A program made the position numbers and the translations under genes. From the IMG/VR virus record IMGVR_UViG_3300045988_140278: a stretch of 38,080 bases of DNA; one strand, given 5' to 3'. A model generated the notes under the pieces. It was not told the DNA's origin. It did no database searches and saw only the letters and a program-made list of their open reading frames with translations. This DNA comes from a virus. Below are positions 18,019-26,334 of the stretch, one piece after another (within the stretch, counting starts at the first letter, position 1; every line of letters starts with the position of its first letter).

Positions 18019-19312
18019 TCAGTTGTCCTTGGTGAAGTCGTGGGGTTTGCCGTCGAGTTCCGGCATGATGCCGGTGTATTCCTGGAAGCGCCGGCAGATC
18101 ACGTCGGCGTATTTCGGGTCGAGTTCGACGACGAGCGCTTTCATGCGCAGCCCGTGGGCGGCGATGAGCGTGGAGCCGCTGCCGGCGAACGGGTCATAGA
18201 CGATGCCGCCGGGTCTGCAGCTGTTCCTGAGCATGCTTTGGATGAGTTCAACGGGTTTCATCGTCGGATGCTCCCTGTTGGCTTTGGGCTTGGGGAATTG
18301 CAGGACGGTCGATTGTTTGTTGTCGCCGCGCCAGTTCGCGCTTCCTCGGCCGAGGCGCCCAGCCCCCCCCCCGCGTGAATCCGTAGCCGATGGGTTCGTA
18401 TTCGGTGAGCGGTTCGTCGGGCATGGTGCCGGCGGCTATCGGTTCGGTCTGCTGCTGGTAGTCGGAGTGGCCGAGCGTGAACTGGTCCTTGACCCAGATG
18501 AGGGTCTGCCGCCATCTGAGGCCGATGGATTCTACTGCCTGCTGGAATTGGACGCGCAGGCTGTCGGAGTGGGCCATGTAGAACGGGCAGCCGGGCTTGC
18601 AGATCCTGGCAGCGACTTGCATGGCCTGTTTGGTGATTTCGACGGCCTTGTTGGGGTCGTTGTCGTTCTCGATGGTGAGACGGTCCTTGGTGCCGCCCTG
18701 GTATGCGACGCCATATGGCGGGTCGGTCCAGATGCATGATGGCTGGCCGATCATGCCGGCCGCCTTCGTGACGAGTTGGTCGTCAGTGCTGGAGCCGACG
18801 ACGAGCAAGCTGTCACCGAGCTTCCAGATTTGGCCGGGCTTCGTATACGGCTTCTTCGGCACCGGAGGCACATCGTCGGGGTCTTTGAGCTCGCTGGGCG
18901 CGGGCTTCGCGGCGGCGATGATCTCGGCGATGTCGTCCGCGCTGTATCCGGTGCCCACCGTCGGCTGTTCGATGCTTTCCAGAAGTTCGGCAAGCGCGTC
19001 GGTGTCGTAGCCACCCAAGTCGGCGATGCGGTTGTCCGCGAGCACGATCTGCGCCGTCTGATCCGCGTCAAGGTCGACGATGACGGCTTCGATGGTCGTC
19101 CAGCCGAGGCTTTTGGCCGCCTGCCATGTGTGGTTTCCGGCAAGGATTTCGTTGGCGATGCCGGTCTTGGTGCCTTTGTTGACGACGATGGGCTTGTATT
19201 GGCCGCGCGCCTTGAGGCTTTCGGCGATTGCTGCCATGTTGCCGCGCCTCGGGTTGCGATGGTACGGGGTGAGATCGCCGATGGGCATGGTCTCGATTTT
19301 CAGATTCGCCAT
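18019..19312 (-). pseudogene. ParB-like N-terminal domain fused to a beta-class N6/N4 DNA methyltransferase; reading frame broken (+1 nt) at a G10 tract
   Basis: The N-terminal part has a ParB-like domain (...PIGDLTPYHRNPRR...) and TDPPYG (motif IV). The C-terminal part (ORF 18019-18261) has HPTMKPVELI and DPFAGSGST (motif I). The span is 1294 nt. With one G fewer it forms a continuous 430-aa ORF reading ...GYGFTRGGAGRLGRGSANWRGDNKQSTVLQFPKPKANREHPTMKPVELI... Confidence 0.85.
18363..18372 (-). repeat. Homopolymeric G10 (C10 on the plus strand) tract inside the methyltransferase gene
   Basis: Read directly from the sequence. The ORF-track translation TRGGGW confirms 10 G. Confidence 0.95.
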
Positions 19313-19417
19313 CATCGGCTCCTTTCCCGCGCGCACGCGCGATGGGGTGGTCAATATCGGAGGGAGAGGTCTTGCGGGCACGCGGGTAGTGTCCCGCCCG
19401 TGGCTGGTTTTGGGATT

Positions 19418-19681
19418 TTACCGCCCCTCCGGGGATTGGGCGAAGGCTTCGATGAATGCTTCGACGCCGTTGTTGATGAGTTGGACGATTTGTTTGTTGT
19501 TCGGCGGTGTCGCGACGAGTTTCACGTTTCCGATGCCGGGGATTGTGGGGTCGATGGCTGTGGGTTTGATCTCGATTGGCATGTCTAGTTCGACGCTGGC
19601 TAGGTCGGTGCTGAGGTTGCCGACTGTGACTCCGATGTGGAGTGTGAGTGGCACTGGCCTGATGATTTGTTCGCTGGGCAT
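19418..19681 (-). CDS. Hypothetical protein, 87 aa
   Basis: ATG with AGGAG 6 nt upstream. Normal composition. Confidence 0.7.
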   Translation of the reverse strand: MPSEQIIRPVPLTLHIGVTVGNLSTDLASVELDMPIEIKPTAIDPTIPGIGNVKLVATPPNNKQIVQLINNGVEAFIEAFAQSPEGR

Positions 19682-19690
19682 TGTTTGCTC

Positions 19691-20008
19691 CTATGCTGTT
19701 ATGATCCATTGTCTGCTGAGTGTGCCGATTGGTGTGGCTGGGTCTTTGTTGCCGCGCAGGTTGTTGCATTGCGTATGGCTTGGCCTGAAGCCGGCCGGGT
19801 CATGCTGGAGATCGGGGCGTTTGGTCACCGGGTAGAAGTGGTCGAGGTTGTACGAGTCATCGCTGCTGTTCTGCGGTGCGTCATAGTCGATGGGCATTCC
19901 ACACAGCCAGCAGACCGCATGCTCGGCCTTGCACTTCAGGAAGAACGCCTTGCGGTCCTTCTCGAACTGGCGTCCGCCCTTTCTGACCTTTCTGCTGGGA
20001 GCCGTCAT
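19691..20008 (-). CDS. HNH endonuclease (packaging-associated), 105 aa
   Basis: CWLCG...DHFYPV...HTQCNNLRGN motif. ATG at 20008 with GGGAGG 7 nt upstream. First gene after the terminator and close upstream of the terminase genes. Confidence 0.8.
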   Translation of the reverse strand: MTAPSRKVRKGGRQFEKDRKAFFLKCKAEHAVCWLCGMPIDYDAPQNSSDDSYNLDHFYPVTKRPDLQHDPAGFRPSHTQCNNLRGNKDPATPIGTLSRQWIITA

Positions 20009-20043
20009 TCTGTGGCCTCCCTTCGCGGGATCGGGCATAAGAA

Positions 20044-20070
20044 AACCCCGAAGCGCAAGCGCCCGGGGTT
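20044..20070 (-). terminator. Intrinsic terminator at the early/late boundary
   Basis: AACCCCG (20044-20050) pairs with CGGGGTT (20064-20070), with a GCGC-AA-GCGC sub-stem in the loop. On the minus strand it is followed by TTTTCTTAT. Confidence 0.65.
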
Positions 20071-20154
20071 TCAAAGTATCCAAGTGGTTACAAAAATAAC
20101 CAACGCTAGTAGTTCTAGCGGTGACAGTTTGCGTCTGTCAAGACCTTCGGCGTG

Positions 20155-20871
20155 TCACTTGTCTTTGTCACGTCGGGTGAAGGTCTGCCAGACATCCCAT
20201 ACGTTGTAGACCGGATTGCCGTTCTCATCCACGTTCACCGGTTCCAGAATCCCTCGTTTCGCCCACTTGGTTATCGTGTTCGGCTTGACCGCCACCCCAT
20301 AAGGATCCATCCACCGCGCGATGGCCGCCGCAGTGCCCTGAGCTCCACCGAGAGCCAGTCTCAGGACGCTGGCCTGCTGCACATCCTTGATCCGCCACTC
20401 GCCTCGGCAACGGTCACAGGCCTTGTACCCCGAGAACATCTCCAGCTCAGTGCACCACAGCTCATAGCCGCACTTCGGGCATGGACCGATCATCTTGCAC
20501 GCCGGCGGCGGGTTCAGCATCCGATCCATACGCTCGGCGGCGAGCGCGATTTGCTCGGTGATGGTGTCGGCGTCGTCGTGGGTGAGGAGGTTGGTTTCGT
20601 GGAGCATGATGCCTTTGAGGAGTGCTGGGACGGCCATGCCTCGGTGTGGGTGTAGGCCTGCGGCTCGGGTGAGTTTGCGTGTGAGTAGGTCGATGTCTTG
20701 CTTGAGTTGCCATGCGTCGATGTTGACGGGGATGGGTGCGATGCTGTGGGTGCCGTTGCCGGTGCTGCGTGCCATGATGTTGGCTTTTTTGGCGGCGATG
20801 AGGCTGAGTATGGGCCAGCCGTCTTTGAGGGTTTGCAGGTGGTTGTGGAGTTGTTGGGCTGGTGTGGGCAT
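20155..20871 (-). CDS. Zinc-ribbon plus C-terminal HTH-like protein, 238 aa; possible late-gene regulator (speculative)
   Basis: CPKCG...CDRC pair. The C-terminal segment ...NTITKWAKRGILEPV... resembles an excisionase/MerR-type HTH. Last gene before the terminator. Confidence 0.6.
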   Translation of the reverse strand: MPTPAQQLHNHLQTLKDGWPILSLIAAKKANIMARSTGNGTHSIAPIPVNIDAWQLKQDIDLLTRKLTRAAGLHPHRGMAVPALLKGIMLHETNLLTHDDADTITEQIALAAERMDRMLNPPPACKMIGPCPKCGYELWCTELEMFSGYKACDRCRGEWRIKDVQQASVLRLALGGAQGTAAAIARWMDPYGVAVKPNTITKWAKRGILEPVNVDENGNPVYNVWDVWQTFTRRDKDK

Positions 20872-20940
20872 GGTTCCTCCGGGTCCGGCAGTGTGGTTTC
20901 TGCTGCTGTTCGGTTGGCTTCATGCCCGTTGCCTATTGTC

Positions 20941-21087
20941 TCACGGGTTGGTGTTGGTTTTTGGCGGTGATGGTGGGTATTCGATGTAGTAGTTGGCGCC
21001 GTAGTTGTCGTAGATGAAGCTGGCTTCGCGGGCGAGCGCGGTTTTGATTTGTCGGTAGGTGAGGATTTTGCCGTGGCGTTCGGTCAT
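20941..21087 (-). CDS. Hypothetical small protein, 48 aa
   Basis: ATG at 21087 overlaps the upstream stop (ATGA). MTERHGKILTYRQIKTALAREASFIYDNYGANYYIEYPPSPPKTNTNP. Too short for the ORF track. Confidence 0.45.
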   Translation of the reverse strand: MTERHGKILTYRQIKTALAREASFIYDNYGANYYIEYPPSPPKTNTNP

Positions 21088-21371
21088 TTGGCTACGCCTC
21101 CGGTCACTGGGTCGATAAGTTCGCAGTCGATTGCGTCGATGTGGTCGCCGGTTTTGATTTCGACGCAGAAGCGTTTGATGTCGCCGGTGGTTTCGATTTT
21201 TTGGATGGTGGTTTGTTTGGGTTGGTCGTTGCCGGTGGCGATGGTGTAGCCGATGAGTCCGATGGCGGCGATGAGGGCTGGGGCGGCGATGAGTGCTATG
21301 AGGGCGAAGAGGAGGCCGGTGAATTCTTCGAGGGTCCAGTCTTTGAAGATGTGGTTGAGGAGCTTGTTCAT
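21084..21371 (-). CDS. Small membrane protein, 95 aa
   Basis: Internal ATG at 21371. Has a TM segment (LLFALIALIAAPALIAAIGLIGY). The upstream part of the ORF-track entry is Arg/His/Pro noise. Confidence 0.65.
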   Translation of the reverse strand: MNKLLNHIFKDWTLEEFTGLLFALIALIAAPALIAAIGLIGYTIATGNDQPKQTTIQKIETTGDIKRFCVEIKTGDHIDAIDCELIDPVTGGVAK

Positions 21372-21640
21372 TGGTTGTCCTTGGTGTTGGTGTGGTCGAG
21401 GTGGTCGAAGTGGTCGAGGATGGTTGCGGCGAGCAGTCCGATGGTGCAGAAGGCGAGGGTGAGTGCCACGTATGCGGCGGGTCCCCAGATGGGTAGGAGC
21501 ACGATCCACCAGCTCCAGTCGGTGATGTTGGCGAGGCGGAGTGCGGTGAAGACGACGCCGAGGAGGTTGATGGAGAGGATGGTTTTGCCGAATGTGGTGA
21601 GGGTGGCGCGTGCGTTGCGGGTGGTGTTGGTGCGTTTCAT
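21368..21640 (-). CDS. Small membrane protein, 90 aa
   Basis: ATG at 21640 overlaps the upstream stop (ATGA). Three hydrophobic segments. Confidence 0.65.
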   Translation of the reverse strand: MKRTNTTRNARATLTTFGKTILSINLLGVVFTALRLANITDWSWWIVLLPIWGPAAYVALTLAFCTIGLLAATILDHFDHLDHTNTKDNQ

Positions 21641-22260
21641 GCGGTGTGGTCCTTGATCTGTCGGCGGATGGTTCGGTATTCGGTGATGTCTCTGGTGAGG
21701 CAGTCGTGGACGCGGTGGGTGCCGTGCTGGTGGTGTTGGTAGGGGTTGTGGCCGAGTGATTGCCATAGGAGGCGCAGGCTGGTCAGGTCGAGGGCCCGGT
21801 AGTGGAGTTGGTTGACGAGGAAGCCGTGGTAGTCGTGTCGTTCGAGCAGGTGGTCGATGGCGGGTAGGTCGAAGTGCTGGACGTTGGTGCCTGCGGGGTG
21901 GAGGGTGAGGCCTTGGTTGGTGGTGAGCCGGTCGATGAAGTCGGCGAGGTGGCCGGCGGTTTCCTGTTCGCTGCTGCCTGCTTGTTCGCAGTCGGCGAGG
22001 AGGCCGTTGGCGGTGTGCATTTTCAGGGCGGGCAGCGCGATCTCGAGGAGCTGGCTGGAGTCGATGTGGATGAAGGTCTCGTAGCGGCCGTATTCGGTGT
22101 TCGTGTCGAGGCTGGTGCAGATGGCTCCGATTTCGAGTATCGAACAGGTGTTCGGGTCGAGGCAGGTGGTTTCCACGTCGAGCCAGAGGAGCGCGGCGGT
22201 GGGGTTCGGTGTGATGGGGTCGCCGCCGACGGTGATGGTGTGCGCGTCGCTTGTGTTCAT
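21637..22260 (-). CDS. DEDDh 3'-5' exonuclease (oligoribonuclease / DnaQ-like), 207 aa
   Basis: LWLDVETTCLD (ExoI), HFDLPAI (ExoII-like) and HRVHDCLTRDI (H-x4-D, ExoIII). Confidence 0.75.
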   Translation of the reverse strand: MNTSDAHTITVGGDPITPNPTAALLWLDVETTCLDPNTCSILEIGAICTSLDTNTEYGRYETFIHIDSSQLLEIALPALKMHTANGLLADCEQAGSSEQETAGHLADFIDRLTTNQGLTLHPAGTNVQHFDLPAIDHLLERHDYHGFLVNQLHYRALDLTSLRLLWQSLGHNPYQHHQHGTHRVHDCLTRDITEYRTIRRQIKDHTA

Positions 22261-22267
22261 GGGTTTC

Positions 22268-22540
22268 CTAGCCTTTCAGGACGGTGAGGGTTTTGATGTG
22301 GGGTTGGAGGATCGCGGTTTCGTGTTTGGGGCTGATGCTGAGGATCCGCATGCCTTTGAGGTTTTGCTCGGCGTCGTCGAGGGTGAACCGTGTGGCCTGG
22401 TAGCCGTCTCGTGGCGGGCTTGCTTTGAGTCGGCCGTCGATGATGGTGCCGGTCTGGGTCATGAGGATGCAGCGCGCTCCGTCGAGCTCCGTGGGTTTGG
22501 CGGTGCGCCAGTCGATGGCCTCCTGGACTTTGCCGTTCAT
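22268..22540 (-). CDS. Hypothetical protein, 90 aa
   Basis: ATG at 22540 overlaps the upstream stop (ATGA). The ORF-track N-terminal extension is Arg/Pro noise. Confidence 0.65.
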   Translation of the reverse strand: MNGKVQEAIDWRTAKPTELDGARCILMTQTGTIIDGRLKASPPRDGYQATRFTLDDAEQNLKGMRILSISPKHETAILQPHIKTLTVLKG

Positions 22541-23583
22541 GCGATGGCCTCGAGTCCGTCGACGTGGATGCCGAGTTCGGCGAGTTCGTCCGGTTCCCCG
22601 TAGCAGATCAGGGTCACGATGTCGGTGGGCGCCTTGCCCTGGCCGAGGAGTCTGGCCACGGCCGGAATCCATGCGCGACGGGCTTGGTCGTCGGGTTGGC
22701 GGCATTTGAGCGGCGTGCTGCTGTCCACGAGTTTGCGCGCCCTGCGTTCCAGCTCCGAAGCGGCCGGATCCGAAGCGTCGGTCATGCCGGTGCCGAGTTT
22801 GGCGCCGTTCAGGCCGATTTCCTTGCCGCGGCGCAGCCAGTTGCGGAACGCCGGCGCCGGGTCGGCCGGATACCTGCCGTTGGCGGCGAGCGCGTCGCGG
22901 AATTTGGCGAGCTCGTAGTCGAGGTCGAGTCCGAACGCGTCGGCGAACGCGATGTGCGACTGGTCGGGCTGGAAATCGACGAGCGTCTGGCGTGGATCCG
23001 TGGCCGGCGTCGTCTTCGGCTTGGTCTTCGGTTTTGGGTTGGTTTTCGGTTTTTTCGCGCGCGTACTCTCTCTTGACGGTTCTATTGACGGTTCCTTTGA
23101 CGGTTTGGGTGAAGCCTGTTTCACCCCTAAAGCGAAGTGGGTTTCACCCGTGGGGTGAAGTGGGTTTCGCCCGTGGGGTGAAGCCTGTTTCACCTGTGGG
23201 GTGAAGCCTGTTTCACCGGTGAAACTGGTTTCGGGGGTGAAGTCTGTTTCACCCCTGTTTTCCGCGTCCTGTCGCGGTTCTTCGGGTTTTTCGGTTTTGT
23301 TTTTCTTGGGGAAGAGCTTGTAGACGACGGGTCGGCGTCCTTTGGCGTATTTGCCGACGAGTTTCTGGTCGCCCTTGCGGATCAGTCCCTTTGCCTCGAG
23401 TTTTCTGAGGAGAAGTTGGATGCTGCGTTCGGATTTCTCGACCTCTTGGGCCATGGTGGCGACGCTTGGCCAGGCCATGCCGTCGTCGTTGGCGTAGTCG
23501 GCGAGGACGATGAGGAGGAGTTTGGCGGTGCTGTCGCCGTGGAGTTTTGTTTTCTTGGCGCGTGCGACGAGTTCGATGCTCAT
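22537..23583 (-). CDS. Replication initiator-like protein with N-terminal winged-HTH, 348 aa
   Basis: ATG at 23583 overlaps the upstream stop. ...LLLIVLADYANDDGMAWPSVATMAQEVEKSERSIQLLLRKLEAKGLI... is typical of phage replication/DnaD-like HTH proteins. The central linker is encoded by the iteron array. Confidence 0.7.
   Translation of the reverse strand: MSIELVARAKKTKLHGDSTAKLLLIVLADYANDDGMAWPSVATMAQEVEKSERSIQLLLRKLEAKGLIRKGDQKLVGKYAKGRRPVVYKLFPKKNKTEKPEEPRQDAENRGETDFTPETSFTGETGFTPQVKQASPHGRNPLHPTGETHFALGVKQASPKPSKEPSIEPSRESTRAKKPKTNPKPKTKPKTTPATDPRQTLVDFQPDQSHIAFADAFGLDLDYELAKFRDALAANGRYPADPAPAFRNWLRRGKEIGLNGAKLGTGMTDASDPAASELERRARKLVDSSTPLKCRQPDDQARRAWIPAVARLLGQGKAPTDIVTLICYGEPDELAELGIHVDGLEAIA
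23107..23255. repeat. Array of ~7 iterons (GGTGAAG-N3-GTTTCACC, each an inverted repeat; ~23-bp period); putative ori
   Basis: Units start near 23107, 23132, 23152, 23175, 23198, 23218 and 23233. Units 23175-23194 and 23198-23217 are identical. The array lies inside the initiator gene. Confidence 0.7.
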
Positions 23584-23873
23584 GATTCGCCTCCGATGAT
23601 GATCTGCTGGATGCCGCCGTGGTGGGACGGCTGCTCGTTGTCGTCGTTGTCGTGTCCTGGTTCCGGCGCATGGCCGGTGGGTTGTTTCCAGCCGCTGTCG
23701 CGGTCGATGTAGAGCATGGCCTGGTAGTCGCGGCTTCTCCATGCGCGCAATGGTTCCGCGTCCGGGCCAGGATAGTCGGGGTCGTCGCGGAATTCCTTGA
23801 GCCAGTCCATGTCCTGTTCGACCATGTGCCGGCTGTGCACGTGGCGGTTCATGTTCTCGACGTATCTGCTCAT
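23580..23873 (-). CDS. Hypothetical protein, 97 aa
   Basis: ATG start. Its stop overlaps the next start. Normal composition. Confidence 0.7.
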   Translation of the reverse strand: MSRYVENMNRHVHSRHMVEQDMDWLKEFRDDPDYPGPDAEPLRAWRSRDYQAMLYIDRDSGWKQPTGHAPEPGHDNDDNEQPSHHGGIQQIIIGGES

Positions 23874-23875
23874 GG

Positions 23876-24100
23876 TTATCTCCTTTTCAGTAGGTCGAGC
23901 GCGGTTTTGTGGCCTTCGTCGGTGAGCGCCCAGTTGTCGTAGAAGTCGGGTTGGATGAGCCCGCGTTCCTCCAATGCGGCGAAGGTGCGGCTGTTGTTGG
24001 AGGTGGCGGGCAGCATGGTGTGGTTGAAGAGCGCGATCAGCAGTTCCCTCATGGTGGGCGCGAGCCGGTCGAGACGGCCTCTGGCTTCCCTGCGGCTCAT
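23876..24100 (-). CDS. Hypothetical protein, 74 aa (possible winged helix)
   Basis: ATG at 24100 overlaps the upstream stop, with GGAGG upstream. Confidence 0.65.
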   Translation of the reverse strand: MSRREARGRLDRLAPTMRELLIALFNHTMLPATSNNSRTFAALEERGLIQPDFYDNWALTDEGHKTALDLLKRR

Positions 24101-24339
24101 GGCTGTTCCTCCGAATGCCGGTAGAGGCTGCGTGATGCGGCGGCGAGCGCCCTTCGGGTCTGGTTGAGGCCTGTGAGCGCCTGGGTGAGGTGTTCGAAGG
24201 TGTCTTCGGGGGCTCCTTGGTCGCGGATCGCGTTGACGATGCTGATGAGCGTGTCCGTGAGGGTGCTGGCGGTGTCGATGCGGCCTACGGCGAGCGCCTG
24301 TTGGCGTTTCATGCGTTGTGTTTCGTGTTGCGGGCTCAT
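24097..24339 (-). CDS. Hypothetical helical protein, 80 aa
   Basis: ATG at 24339 overlaps the ParB-like stop (ATGA). The remainder of ORF-track entry 24097-25206 is out-of-frame Arg/His/Pro noise. Confidence 0.6.
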   Translation of the reverse strand: MSPQHETQRMKRQQALAVGRIDTASTLTDTLISIVNAIRDQGAPEDTFEHLTQALTGLNQTRRALAAASRSLYRHSEEQP

Positions 24340-25793
24340 TGCTGGTCCTTCCGGGTGGTGAGGCTGCCGTCGAGTGCCTGTTGTTCGCGGCTGCTGGGTT
24401 GGTGGCCGAGCCATGCGAGCGCCTGGTAGTAGACGTTGACGGTTTTGAGGGTGCTGCCGTAGCCGGTGCCGTCCCATGTTTCGGGGGTGATGCGTGCTTC
24501 CTGGCGGGCGAGCATGACGAGGGTGAGTTGGCGGAGTTCCTGGCCGGGTTTGTCGGCCCGGCGGCGCAGCTCGTTGAGGTTGGCCGTGGTGTCGAGGTGG
24601 TAGATGCCTTCCTTCGGGTTCTTGTGCTCGTCGGGCAGGGGTTTGCCGCTGATCTGGTTGTAGGCGGTGATCATCTGGTCGCGTTGGTTGGCGTCGAGGC
24701 CGGTGGGTAGGTAGGTGCCGGTGCCGGTGCCGATGCCGATGGTTTCGAGTCTGGCGAGGGTTTGGATGGCGTCGCGCATCTGCTGGCCGGTCCAGTCGGT
24801 GCTGGTTTTGCGGATCCACTCGCGTCGGAGGCGGCTGCTGGTGGTCGTGTATTCGCGTAGTTTGGTCTTGCGTTCGCGTTCCTTGGCGGTGATGGCCTTG
24901 AGTCGTTCGACCTCCGCGGTGTTTTCCGTGGGATCCTTGGGGGTCGTGGGTTCGGCCCATCCGTAGCAGGAGTTTTCGGTGGTGAGGATGAGGCTGGCGG
25001 GGTTGCCGCCGTTGTTCAGGTATTCCTTCCATGATTCGGCGAATGGTTTCGACGTGGTGGGTGCGTGGGTGGCGCCGTAGCCGTCCATGTCGGTCCACAG
25101 GTTCTTGACCTTGATGGCGTGCAGGTGGTTGGCGGTGATGTATTCGTCGGCGGCCTGGCGCCATTGGTTCATGCGTTTGTGGTCGCGCGCGTTCTCGAGT
25201 TCCCACCGCCAGTCCGGGCTTTCGGCTTTCTCGGCGAGCTTCGCCTGCGTCTCGGGGTCGTCGTTGAATTCAGCGAGCGCGTCGAGCTGGCCGAGGGTGA
25301 GCTGGCTGAAGTCCTTGGCTTTGCCGCGGGTGGTCTGCGGGATGCCGGCGATCTTGATGCGGCGGCGCACGAAGCTGGCGCTGCGGCCGGTTTTGTCGGC
25401 GAGTTCGTCGATCGATGCGCCGAGGTCGAGGAGTCCTTGGTATCCGTCGGCTTCCTCGATGGGGGTCAGGTCGGCGCGTTGCGTGTTCTCGATGAGCATG
25501 ATCTCGCGTTCCTCCCTGTCGGTGAGGTCGCGGATGGTGCAGGGGATCATGCTCAGGCCGGCTTTGATGCAGGCCTGGTAGCGGCGGTGGCCGATGACGA
25601 TCCGGTAGAGGGGTTTGCCGTCCTTATCGTTGCCGGCCGGGGTGACGAGCAGCTGCTGCTGGAGTCCCTGGGCCTTGATGCTGGCGGCGAGTTCGGTCAC
25701 GTCGCCCACGCTCTTGCGCGGGTTGGCCGGGTTCGGCTTGAGCTGCGTGGCGGGGATGTCCACGATCAGCGGGCTTGTGGCGTTGGTTTCCAT
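24336..25793 (-). CDS. ParB/Srx-like N-terminal domain protein, 485 aa
   Basis: ...LKPNPANPRK...IVIGHRRYQA...ENTQRADLTPIEEA... are ParB-box motifs. The C-terminal ~300 aa are unassigned. Confidence 0.8.
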   Translation of the reverse strand: METNATSPLIVDIPATQLKPNPANPRKSVGDVTELAASIKAQGLQQQLLVTPAGNDKDGKPLYRIVIGHRRYQACIKAGLSMIPCTIRDLTDREEREIMLIENTQRADLTPIEEADGYQGLLDLGASIDELADKTGRSASFVRRRIKIAGIPQTTRGKAKDFSQLTLGQLDALAEFNDDPETQAKLAEKAESPDWRWELENARDHKRMNQWRQAADEYITANHLHAIKVKNLWTDMDGYGATHAPTTSKPFAESWKEYLNNGGNPASLILTTENSCYGWAEPTTPKDPTENTAEVERLKAITAKERERKTKLREYTTTSSRLRREWIRKTSTDWTGQQMRDAIQTLARLETIGIGTGTGTYLPTGLDANQRDQMITAYNQISGKPLPDEHKNPKEGIYHLDTTANLNELRRRADKPGQELRQLTLVMLARQEARITPETWDGTGYGSTLKTVNVYYQALAWLGHQPSSREQQALDGSLTTRKDQQ

Positions 25794-25802
25794 GGGGGCG
25801 GG

Positions 25803-25922
25803 TCACTGTTCCTTGAGGTCGTTGGACATGGTGGTGGGCATCGGGGTGCGGGGCAGGCGTTTGCGGCGTGCCCGTTGGCGTTGGTGTTCGAGCTGCTGGC
25901 GTCCGTGCTTACGCTTGGCCAT
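25803..25922 (-). CDS. Possible very basic 39-aa peptide
   Basis: ATG at 25922 with AGGAG 9 nt upstream. MAKRKHGRQQLEHQRQRARRKRLPRTPMPTTMSNDLKEQ. Could be a chance ORF in GC-rich DNA. Confidence 0.3.
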   Translation of the reverse strand: MAKRKHGRQQLEHQRQRARRKRLPRTPMPTTMSNDLKEQ

Positions 25923-26334
25923 GCTTGTCGTCTCCTTCGGTGGTTTCGGTGATGTGGAATTCGAGCCTGTGCAGGCCTTTGGGTGCGATGGTGGGGCTCA
26001 TCCGGTAGAAGGGGCCTTCCACGTGCCTCCAGTTGTCGTCCGGCCATAGGCCCGCTTTGGTGAAGCCGTCGATGATGGGTTTGCCTACGTTGTCGGCGTT
26101 GCTGGGGTCGGCGCGGCTTCGGCCGTTGGGCGGGTACTGCACGTACACGTCGAGCCGGCAATGCTCGAAGCTCACTCCGTCGTGCCGGTTTCTCCAGTCG
26201 GCAGCTTCGGCCCAGCCGAGGCGTTTGAGGGTCTGCATGAGCCGGTTGTGCGCGTACCAGTTGCCGTGCGAGCCGTTGTCGTTCTTCCACAATGGTTTGG
26301 GGATTTCGACGACGATCACATGCGTCGTATTCAT
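25909..26334 (-). CDS. rusA: RusA-like Holliday-junction resolvase, 141 aa
   Basis: ATG at 26334 overlaps the upstream stop. ...ADPSNADNVGKPIIDGFTKAGLWPDDNW... matches the RusA catalytic region pattern. Confidence 0.75.
   Translation of the reverse strand: MNTTHVIVVEIPKPLWKNDNGSHGNWYAHNRLMQTLKRLGWAEAADWRNRHDGVSFEHCRLDVYVQYPPNGRSRADPSNADNVGKPIIDGFTKAGLWPDDNWRHVEGPFYRMSPTIAPKGLHRLEFHITETTEGDDKHGQA

Noticed and set aside
22960-23060. Lys/Pro/Thr low-complexity stretch (KPKTNPKPKTKPKTTP) as a separate repeat feature
   Set aside because: It is a simple compositional linker within the initiator protein, with no DNA-level periodicity beyond short CCNAAN repeats.
23107-23255. Repeat array as a possible CRISPR or tandem-repeat locus
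   Set aside because: The units are ~20 bp, contiguous and without unique spacers. Each is itself palindromic and lies inside a coding region of the replication initiator. This is iteron/ori architecture, not CRISPR.
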